IMG/VR virus record: IMGVR_UViG_3300017747_003517
Span: 1-25,011 of that record
Source of the DNA: a virus
Lineage: Duplodnaviria; Caudoviricetes
Length of the DNA stretch: 25,011 nucleotides
Reading direction: 5' to 3' (one strand)
The notes below the pieces were generated by a model. It worked only from the letters and a program-made list of their open reading frames with translations, was not told where the DNA came from and made no database searches. Below, in pieces: positions 8,689 to 15,656 of the stretch (position 1 is its first letter; each line of letters opens with the position of its first letter). Made by a program: the position numbers and the translations under genes.

Positions 8689-9141
8689 CTAGCTGTCGAA
8701 ACCGAACACGACGCGCTCGGCGCCCATTTCGCGTAGGCGTTGCAGATCCTTAAAGAAAGCCTCGCCCAAAAACTCTCGGTAGGTCGTCATTTTGCCATTG
8801 CCGGGCTCGGCTGTGGCGGCGCCATTGAAGTAATTCGGGGCCTCTTGCCGCGTGTATCGGCGATCCTCTAGTGGCTGATCGTAATTGAAGGCTGTAAGCT
8901 CCTTCAGCGAAAGCCGGGAGAAAGAGTGGTCCCCAAGCCAGATGCCCTCTTCCTCGTCTGGCGGGGCGTCATTGGGCAGCCCGCGCGGCTGCGATAGCGG
9001 CGGCACGGCGGAGTAATTCCGAACGTCGGCTAGAAACCCGTACATGCCGTAGCTTCGCCAATCGAAGGGCTCGAACCCCGGAATGACCAGCCACTTCCCG
9101 TTCACGCATTTTTCAGCGCGGCTGTGAATGTCGCAACCCAT
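8689..9141 (-). CDS. Conserved phage protein of unknown function (MGCDIH family, 150 aa)
   Basis: MGCDIH...RSY..YGFLADVRN...PRGLP.D...HS...RVVFGFDS is a recurring phage motif set. AGGAG RBS. Confidence 0.75.
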   Translation of the reverse strand: MGCDIHSRAEKCVNGKWLVIPGFEPFDWRSYGMYGFLADVRNYSAVPPLSQPRGLPNDAPPDEEEGIWLGDHSFSRLSLKELTAFNYDQPLEDRRYTRQEAPNYFNGAATAEPGNGKMTTYREFLGEAFFKDLQRLREMGAERVVFGFDS

Positions 9142-9170
9142 TTTCGTCTCCTATAAATGATGCCTGCTCA

Positions 9171-9683
9171 TCACCGCACGATTGCGTATACGTACACGTC
9201 CTGCGGTTCGTCGCTGACGTTCGGGAACACTTCGAACCGCCGCAGCCGGCCTTCCCGCTCCGCCCCCATGCGTTCTAAAACACGTTGTACGGGCAGGTTG
9301 TCAACATGGCAGTAGGCCCACACGCGCCACACGTCCGGGTGCGTGAAAATCCACTGCACGAACGGGACGGAGAACTGCCGGCCGGCGCCGCGTGCTTTCC
9401 AGTCATTGCGAAACATGATAGTTATTGTAGCTTGGTGCCCTCGGACTTCAAAACCCGCGATACCTAGCACGTCTGCAGGGTCATCAACGGGACACACGGC
9501 CAGCCAACGCGCGGCCGGGTTGCTGCGGTAGCGCTCGATAAGTCGCGCGGCTTGCGCTTCGTCGGTGTGCGTCATGAAGCCCATGTAACGCGTCACGGCC
9601 GGATCGCCAGTCAAGCGAAAGACCCGTGGACCTTCCCACGGGTTCAAATCGCGAACGACGAAACGGCCGATTTCAGCTATCAT
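9171..9683 (-). CDS. GNAT N-acetyltransferase, RimJ/RimL-like (170 aa)
   Basis: DPAVTRYMG, ARGAG, RVWAYCHVDNLPVQRVLERMGAEREGRLR. ATGA-coupled to the upstream ORF. Confidence 0.9.
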   Translation of the reverse strand: MIAEIGRFVVRDLNPWEGPRVFRLTGDPAVTRYMGFMTHTDEAQAARLIERYRSNPAARWLAVCPVDDPADVLGIAGFEVRGHQATITIMFRNDWKARGAGRQFSVPFVQWIFTHPDVWRVWAYCHVDNLPVQRVLERMGAEREGRLRRFEVFPNVSDEPQDVYVYAIVR

Positions 9684-9922
9684 TTCACCACCCAGCCCGC
9701 CGGGCTGTGTCGCATGCTCCACTCGCAGGCCGTGGCTTTTGCGGCCTTGGCGGCGCCGATCGAAGTGCATTGTTTGAGAACGGTAGTTATGACTTTTCCG
9801 TCTTTACCGTACACCGGCACGCGGGCTTGTTCGTGTCGCTTGAATTTCGGACGTTGCACGGGTGCACCTAACACGCGTTCAAACTCCCGCACCATTTGAT
9901 TTGTCGTGTTCAACTTCGTCAT
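9680..9922 (-). CDS. Hypothetical protein (80 aa), first gene after cassette A
   Basis: ORF preceded by GGAGAG RBS in the conserved leader. Confidence 0.75.
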   Translation of the reverse strand: MTKLNTTNQMVREFERVLGAPVQRPKFKRHEQARVPVYGKDGKVITTVLKQCTSIGAAKAAKATACEWSMRHSPAGWVVK

Positions 9923-10164
9923 GTTTCGCTCTCCAGCGGTTTGCGTTCAATAATACCCATGTACGCAGGTTTCCGTACGCTGTCAAGCGGAAATAACGAT
10001 GGCTGTTCCCAAGCCTTTTGCACCGCGTAGCGTTCGGCGTGGGGGTTTATGACCGGCTCAATCGCCGGCCGTCTGATCTTGCGCACTCGCCGACAGCTTT
10101 CGCCGTACGGGGCTTCGCACTTCGGGCACACATGGTCATACACTGCAGACAGCCGGAACGTCAT
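9919..10164 (-). CDS. Small phage zinc-finger protein (81 aa)
   Basis: CPKCEAPYGESC...PHAER motif. ATGA overlap with the polymerase stop. Confidence 0.7.
   Translation of the reverse strand: MTFRLSAVYDHVCPKCEAPYGESCRRVRKIRRPAIEPVINPHAERYAVQKAWEQPSLFPLDSVRKPAYMGIIERKPLESET
9923..9986 (-). promoter_or_regulatory. Cassette A: TTGACA-17-TACATG plus AACCGCTGGAGAGC leader
   Basis: Member of the 7-copy repeated promoter/leader family. Confidence 0.8.
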
Positions 10165-12125
10165 TTTCGCATGCGCTCGCTTTCGTACCCCTCGCAATCG
10201 AGCGGTAGTCCCGACGTCCAGCGGCGCGGCCGGCGCATGATTGCGCGCATTTGCTCCGATCGTTCTTTTGCGACGTGCGCGGGCGCCAGTGACAAAATGC
10301 TGTCGTAAACGTCCAAGATCAGCGTGACGTCGGGAAGCTCGTTTTCTATGTCGGCTTCAGCTTCGGTTACCAGGTCGCGCGTCATTGACTGGCACGCGAT
10401 TTCCAGCAACGAACCGCCGAAGGCTTTCTGGCGCAGCATGGCACCGAACTTGCCACGGAAGAATGCCATTTCGCCGCCGTGCGTAATGTGTGCGGAGTAG
10501 TGCGGAACGGCGCGACCAGAGGGCAGAAGCATCCATACCGTTCCGTACGCGTCTTTCTGGAACGCAACTTTACCGGCGGGGAAAATGCGGCCGGGCTGTT
10601 CATAAATCGCGAATTTGAAAGCGTCGCTTAGATCGTACCAAAGCTGCACTAGAAGCGGGTTGGCTTTTCGGTAGCCGTCGATATCCGTACGGGCTTTGAT
10701 TTCTGTTATCTCATGACGGCGCAAACCGTTTTCGGCTGCCGTCTTAATGAGGAACGCCATGTACGTCTTCCACCCCAGTTGATAGTTGCCGCCTAGGGTG
10801 ACGTTCTTCGCGGTCTGCCGTTCTTTGGGGTGCGTGGCTTTGGTCGCCGTTTCGGGCAGGTTGAAAACCCGTATACCGTTGTACATGTACAAGTCACTGC
10901 CGGGCGTCGCAATAATGTTCAAGCGTTCTTGGTCACCTGCCATCCACAACGCGAAACGCAATTCGGCTTGCGACGCGTCGTTATCGCAAACGAGATAGCC
11001 AGGCGGAGCGACGATTGTACCGCGCAAGCAGTCCGTCAACGCCGTGTTGCCTAGCGACGTGTGACCCTGTTTCAGCCGATCGATAATTTGGTCAATCGTC
11101 GGCCGGCCTTCCTTGCCGTCGTACTTGCCGGACGGGCGCGCAATGTTGAACATGTTGGCACCTTCGGACGTGCCGCGCCCCGATCGCGCGCCAAAATACC
11201 GCGTGGCGTCTTTGTAGAAGCCCCCAACATGGCGATCTAGCAGGGCTTGCGCCTTCAATGGTGCCGAACCGCCCTCCGCCTGCAGTAGCTCCAGAACAAT
11301 CCGCACGTCCGGGTGTAAGTCTTCCTCTAGCAGCTTCTCCGCGACAATGTGTTTCTGCGTGCTCTCCAGCCCTGCGGCGCGGTTGCCCCCGTTGCACCAC
11401 TCCAGAATGCGCGACCGTTGCGACAGCTTCGTGACGGCGTTCTGCGTCAACTCCATCAGCTTCGCGGTGCTCTCCTGTTCAATCTCCTGCCGACGCATGG
11501 CAATGGCGGTTGCCAGATGCACGTCAATTGGCAAGCCCACTTCATTCTTGCGCCAGGTGCGCTCAAATACCAGACGTTCGGGCGGTGACAGCGGCGGCAA
11601 GCGGCTGTCCAGATCGCGCAACGCTCGACGGTCCTGCACGCAATAAGCAATCAAATCCCGATACGTCTGTACGTCTTCGTTAAACGTACCGTCGCGCTGG
11701 GGCTTGCACGTCGCCATAACCAGCGCCCGGCCACGCGGGTCTTTCCCCTTGATCCCGAGCGCGTTGCATACTTGATCCAAACCGCCAGGCAACGCCACGG
11801 CTTGCGCGCGGCCCATGGTGCAATCAATCTTCGATATCGGCAGGTGCAGGAACGGGTTAACGGCGCGCAAAATGCTGACGTCAAAATTGGCGTGGTGCGC
11901 GACGAACCGCCGGCATTGCCTCACGTCCACGTACAGGTCGGCTAATTGATGCGTGCCTAAATGCGGGTGTACGGGGCACGCCGTTTTTTCGACGCTCCGG
12001 AACTCCCACGCAACGCAAGTGACGCCCGTGCTCGGGTCAGCCGCGTATCGCCGCGCGCCTGCTTTCTTCAGGTCCGTACGGCTACGGGTTTCGAAGTCGC
12101 ATAACAGGTCGTCAGGGTGTTGCAT
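10161..12125 (-). CDS. polA: Family A DNA polymerase with 3'-5' exonuclease (SPO2/APSE-like, 654 aa)
   Basis: Exo motifs DFETRS, AHHANFD, YCVQD; motif A DASQAELR; motif B RQTAKNVTLGGNY; variant motif C DVYDS. Confidence 0.93.
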   Translation of the reverse strand: MQHPDDLLCDFETRSRTDLKKAGARRYAADPSTGVTCVAWEFRSVEKTACPVHPHLGTHQLADLYVDVRQCRRFVAHHANFDVSILRAVNPFLHLPISKIDCTMGRAQAVALPGGLDQVCNALGIKGKDPRGRALVMATCKPQRDGTFNEDVQTYRDLIAYCVQDRRALRDLDSRLPPLSPPERLVFERTWRKNEVGLPIDVHLATAIAMRRQEIEQESTAKLMELTQNAVTKLSQRSRILEWCNGGNRAAGLESTQKHIVAEKLLEEDLHPDVRIVLELLQAEGGSAPLKAQALLDRHVGGFYKDATRYFGARSGRGTSEGANMFNIARPSGKYDGKEGRPTIDQIIDRLKQGHTSLGNTALTDCLRGTIVAPPGYLVCDNDASQAELRFALWMAGDQERLNIIATPGSDLYMYNGIRVFNLPETATKATHPKERQTAKNVTLGGNYQLGWKTYMAFLIKTAAENGLRRHEITEIKARTDIDGYRKANPLLVQLWYDLSDAFKFAIYEQPGRIFPAGKVAFQKDAYGTVWMLLPSGRAVPHYSAHITHGGEMAFFRGKFGAMLRQKAFGGSLLEIACQSMTRDLVTEAEADIENELPDVTLILDVYDSILSLAPAHVAKERSEQMRAIMRRPRRWTSGLPLDCEGYESERMRK

Positions 12126-12384
12126 TGTGCGCCGCGTCTTCTGCCGCCATTTTGGCCGCCGCTGCGGCGATGACGCGCCTAGGGCGCGTGTACGGGCTTT
12201 TTCCCAGTACGTGACTGCTTGGTACCCACCATGATACGTCATAAACGCCAATCGTGGGGTTTTCTTTTTTCTTGCGCTCTTTTATGCGCAACACGTTACC
12301 GCATTCGTCATACTCGACAATAAAATGCCGCTCGTCAACGTGTACGTGTACGGAATAGTCACAACCGCGCGGGCGTACTTCCAT
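12112..12384 (-). CDS. Hypothetical protein (90 aa)
   Basis: GAGG RBS; overlaps the polymerase start. Confidence 0.65.
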   Translation of the reverse strand: MEVRPRGCDYSVHVHVDERHFIVEYDECGNVLRIKERKKKENPTIGVYDVSWWVPSSHVLGKSPYTRPRRVIAAAAAKMAAEDAAHNATP

Positions 12385-12395
12385 GGTGCGTCCTC

Positions 12396-12430
12396 AAAAA
12401 GAACCCGGGGCAGTTTGTTTCGCCCCGGGT
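12396..12430 (-). terminator. Rho-independent terminator after the SSB gene
   Basis: ACCCGGGGC...GCCCCGGGT followed by TCTTTTT on the minus strand. Confidence 0.85.
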
Positions 12431-12449
12431 GTAAGTTTCCGTCTTGAAG

Positions 12450-13382
12450 TTAGCGCTGGCCGAAGGGGTTCGGCGGAGTGCCACCCGGGTTAAAAGGGGA
12501 CGTCGTCCCGGGTGCATACTGTCCCGCATTGGAAGGCGCAGGGCCTCCGGGTTGCGGGACAGTACCGAAAGGGACCGCACCGCCCGGGTTAGAAGGGAAT
12601 GTCGCATTCCCACCGAAAGCCGGCCCACCATGGCCCGGGGCACCCTGCGGGGCAGGGCCGCCAAAGCCCCCGCCAGGGGCAAAGCCGGTCCCGGGCGGGG
12701 TGAAACCCGGCGCCCCGTTCGGCGGAGCGAAGCCGCCACCCTGACCCGGGAAACCGCCCGGAGTGGGGCCGCCAAAGCCGCCAAAGCCCCCGCCAGGGGC
12801 AAAGCCCGCAACTTGCAAGCCTTGCTGTTGCGCGCGCTGCATCAACTCGGCACCGGAAACCGTGTTGGCGAAAACGATTTCTTCACCCGGAGCCGTGAAC
12901 ACGACGGCGTTAAGGTAGAGCTTCGCCGCGCGGTTGTTCTGACCGCTGACGGCTGCCGAACCGCCAATCATGCAGTAATCGCCCGACTTGACACCGACCT
13001 TGTTTTGCAGCTTCACCAACGCGCCACCGGCCTGCACCAGTTCAACGTTGATCGGGTTGCTGCTCGACGCGTTCAACAGCCAGTGACCCTTGGCGTACTC
13101 CGACGATTTGCCTTCAGCGTTTGGCGTGTCGCCGTCTTCAATCCGCCAGTCTACAATCTGCGGATTGTTCTGATGGAGTTTCACAAGTGCTTGAACCAGA
13201 CCGGCGAGCCCCGGTTCGTTCGACCAGTGCGCTTGCGTCTTCTGCACGATGAACCCGGCGAAGTAATTCGGCTTCTGTTGCTTCTGTCCTTTGTACGTGT
13301 CACTCGGGTTCCACAAGTGCCGCATGTCCACAATGCGAACATTGAACAACGTAAAGGCTTCGTACTGTCTCTGCTGCGTCAT
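12450..13382 (-). CDS. ssDNA-binding/annealing protein (DUF2815/gp2.5-like) with long G/P/F low-complexity tail
   Basis: DGD...Y.KGHW.LNASS, SGDY and KLYLNAV. Sits in the DUF2800-DUF2815-PolA gene order. Confidence 0.8.
   Translation of the reverse strand: MTQQRQYEAFTLFNVRIVDMRHLWNPSDTYKGQKQQKPNYFAGFIVQKTQAHWSNEPGLAGLVQALVKLHQNNPQIVDWRIEDGDTPNAEGKSSEYAKGHWLLNASSSNPINVELVQAGGALVKLQNKVGVKSGDYCMIGGSAAVSGQNNRAAKLYLNAVVFTAPGEEIVFANTVSGAELMQRAQQQGLQVAGFAPGGGFGGFGGPTPGGFPGQGGGFAPPNGAPGFTPPGTGFAPGGGFGGPAPQGAPGHGGPAFGGNATFPSNPGGAVPFGTVPQPGGPAPSNAGQYAPGTTSPFNPGGTPPNPFGQR
12657..12806. repeat. 30-bp exact direct repeat (12657-12686 and 12777-12806) encoding GFAPGGGFGG
   Basis: GCCGCCAAAGCCCCCGCCAGGGGCAAAGCC occurs twice, 120 bp apart. 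Confidence 0.9.
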
Positions 13383-13464
13383 TTTCCTATTTCCTCATGA
13401 TCTATTTTCAATTTGCCGGAAGCGCCGGCACGCATGCCAACCGTACGCGTACGGTCGGAATTAG

Positions 13465-13704
13465 TCAATCGGGCAGTTTGCGGTTCGGCCAACGTTCCAT
13501 TGCTTGAGCGCATTCCAAAGCTTCGGTAACTTTGGGGTGGCCGTCGCCTAGCGTGACCGCCGCAGCTTCGGCCCACCGTCGAACCGCAAACGGTGCGTGA
13601 AAATCCTGCCCGCGTAAAATGAACACGGGTTCATCGGGCGCTGCTTTGCCTAAGCAACCTTTACCGTCAAGTGCGTTGTTCAATTCGCTTTGTTTCGTTC
13701 CCAT
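13465..13704 (-). CDS. Conserved small phage protein (DEPVFILRGQD motif, 79 aa)
   Basis: CLGKAAPDEPVFILRGQD..AP..V..WA...K.PD is a recurring phage motif; function not established. Confidence 0.75.
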   Translation of the reverse strand: MGTKQSELNNALDGKGCLGKAAPDEPVFILRGQDFHAPFAVRRWAEAAAVTLGDGHPKVTEALECAQAMERWPNRKLPD

Positions 13705-13706
13705 GT

Positions 13707-14642
13707 TCAATAGCTCGCCTTTAACGGCGCCTCCGGTTTGTGTGATCCAACTGCCGCGTATTTCTTGCCCTCGATACCGAGCTTTTCAAACTGTGCCGGC
13801 GACAGCGGTTTGACGCCCTTGGGGCCGTAGTGTTGCCAGCCGACCGCCGCCGCTTGCTGTGCGTCGTTCCACGCGCGGAAGCTGCGGCCAGGTTTCAGCG
13901 ACGCGCCGTCTGCCGTGCGCCCCATTTTCAAATGCGTGGTCAGCGCGTCTTCGTAAACTTCCTTGACGTCGCCTAGCGCGCGGATCATGCGCAACATGCG
14001 GAGAATTTCTTCCGTCGTCAGGTCTTCAATGCGCCGCGACATTGCGCCGACCAAAAAACCTGCGTCCGTAGCCATCGCGGGGCACGCCTGAAACGCCTTG
14101 CACCATCGGCAGTGTGGACCCGGGCGCGGAGCGCTGCGATCGTTGACGGCTCGCAACACGCGCAAGCGGTGCGCCTCCACTTCAGAGCGGTGCGCCATCC
14201 ATTGCTTCCACGGGTCATCATCAAGGCCGTTCGGTTGGAAAATCACGAACCGAAACCATTCGGCCGAAGTCTCGGGCAGCGACGCGGCGGCGTACGTAAA
14301 CAACTGCATGTTGTGGAACGCCGGTACGTCCCATTTGCCGAACTTGCCGTCAAGAATGGTGGAAATGTACGGATTAAGATTACGTATGTCGATTGTACCG
14401 CCACAGTTATCCGTGATCCGTACGCGGACTTCGCGGCTTAGTGCGCCAGGTTCCAGTTGCGCAATGAACGCTTCAACGTCCGGCACTTCGCCGGCTTCCA
14501 TGTCTTCGTGCTGCAATGTCCCGCTTTCGGCAGCAAGTAACGTGCTTTCCTTTTTCGGTGCGTCGGGAACGGCGTTCAGCGCCGACCAACTGCATTCGAT
14601 CCAAGTTGACGTTGACGAAGCGTTAAAGACGTCGTGTGACAT
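13707..14642 (-). CDS. DUF2800 / Cas4-like PD-(D/E)XK exonuclease (311 aa)
   Basis: H...ASS...W..C, GT..H, GTID, DGKFG, QL..YA, IFQP, PGPHCRWCKA...CPA, SPAQFEK. Confidence 0.88.
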   Translation of the reverse strand: MSHDVFNASSTSTWIECSWSALNAVPDAPKKESTLLAAESGTLQHEDMEAGEVPDVEAFIAQLEPGALSREVRVRITDNCGGTIDIRNLNPYISTILDGKFGKWDVPAFHNMQLFTYAAASLPETSAEWFRFVIFQPNGLDDDPWKQWMAHRSEVEAHRLRVLRAVNDRSAPRPGPHCRWCKAFQACPAMATDAGFLVGAMSRRIEDLTTEEILRMLRMIRALGDVKEVYEDALTTHLKMGRTADGASLKPGRSFRAWNDAQQAAAVGWQHYGPKGVKPLSPAQFEKLGIEGKKYAAVGSHKPEAPLKASY

Positions 14643-14727
14643 GGTTGCGACTTTCAAATTGTGGCTTCAGGGCTACGTTCCCGGCGCCCATTCGCCGTAT
14701 TCCGCCGCCGGGCGGGCGTGTCGCTAC

Positions 14728-15183
14728 TTAGGCATTCATCAACTTAGCGATATTTTCCAGCGTCGGCAAAGCAGCTTTCGGCAGGAAATGGCCCTTGATC
14801 TGGTCCATGGTGGCGTTGGCGGCCTCGGGGCCGCACTGACCACGGAACCAGGCCAGAACAGCGTCGGCCGGCTGCCCGGACGCTACAGCCTTGTCAACTG
14901 CCGCCGTGATGCGGTTGACGAGCGCCACCGCTTCGGGCGCCGGTCCGGTGACACCGGGAGCAGGGAAGCCCCCGACCGCCGGTGTTGCACCGCCCCCCGG
15001 GGGCGCAAAGCCACCCGCGCCCGGGAAACCCCCGGTCTGACCGCCCTGCGGCGGTGCGAGTGGCTGCGGAGCGCTACCCGTGGCGGCTCCGCCTTCGTCG
15101 TCGCTGCCCTTGCCAGTTCGTGACGTTTTGAGCCCCTTCACGAATTCGCGCACTTCCTCGATACTATCAAAACTCAGTCGCAT
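14728..15183 (-). CDS. Hypothetical protein with G/P-rich linker (151 aa), first gene of the replication operon
   Basis: GGAG RBS and upstream promoter; occupies the usual slot before DUF2800. Confidence 0.8.
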   Translation of the reverse strand: MRLSFDSIEEVREFVKGLKTSRTGKGSDDEGGAATGSAPQPLAPPQGGQTGGFPGAGGFAPPGGGATPAVGGFPAPGVTGPAPEAVALVNRITAAVDKAVASGQPADAVLAWFRGQCGPEAANATMDQIKGHFLPKAALPTLENIAKLMNA

Positions 15184-15211
15184 TTTTCAGTCTCCATATG
15201 GTTGACGTGGT

Positions 15212-15240
15212 TTTGTATGACAACGGCGCAAAGCCGTCAA
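15212..15240 (-). promoter_or_regulatory. Promoter TTGACG-17-TACAAA with TGTCATACA site overlapping the -10
   Basis: Correct spacing, upstream of 15183. The -35 contains the stop codon of the preceding gene. Confidence 0.7.
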
Positions 15241-15452
15241 CGTTTATTTTGCGCCATGATCTTCCGTACAAGACGCCTAGCCATGTGGCAGGCGTTAGGG
15301 TCGTTCGAAGACACGCCAACCGTGATCGGCTGCAGGCCCTCACATTTGACTTTCCAATGGCCCCCGCCGTTCCGAAGAACTACGGGAACGTAGCCGGCGC
15401 TTTTCAGTTCCGCCAGGGTGACGTTTAGCGCCTCCATTTTGCGGACGGCCAC
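15237..15452 (-). CDS. HicA-like small protein (71 aa)
   Basis: GY...GGGHWKV...SSND...RR pattern resembles HicA/dsRBD-fold phage proteins. Confidence 0.55.
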   Translation of the reverse strand: MAVRKMEALNVTLAELKSAGYVPVVLRNGGGHWKVKCEGLQPITVGVSSNDPNACHMARRLVRKIMAQNKR

Positions 15453-15456
15453 GGCT

Positions 15457-15651
15457 TCAGCCTTCGAAAATACTGGCGCGTACGGCGGCGTCCTTCGCCT
15501 CCAGCAATTTGCGGAGCGCTACCGTACGTTCCGGGTTGCGCGGCAGTGTCTTGACGACCGTCTGAGCAAGCGTGTGGAAGTGCATACTGACGTCCTGCAA
15601 ATGTGTTGGCAGGTGTTTGTATTCAAAAAATTGCAAAATCGGTTCTTCCAT
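15457..15651 (-). CDS. Conserved helical-hairpin phage protein (64 aa), possibly Acb2/Tad1-like
   Basis: ILQFFEYKHLP..LQ.VS..F...LP.NPERTVALRKLLEAKDAAVRA; GAGG RBS. The ORF is solid, the function is inferred. Confidence 0.7.
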   Translation of the reverse strand: MEEPILQFFEYKHLPTHLQDVSMHFHTLAQTVVKTLPRNPERTVALRKLLEAKDAAVRASIFEG

Positions 15652-15656
15652 GTTCC

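Noticed and set aside
12444-13400. 318-aa Arg-rich + ORF
   Set aside because: Antisense reading of the G/P-rich SSB tail.
14643-14727. Possible tRNA
   Set aside because: No cloverleaf, T-loop or CCA recognisable.
14098-15123. 341-aa + ORF
   Set aside because: Shadow of two well-supported minus-strand genes.
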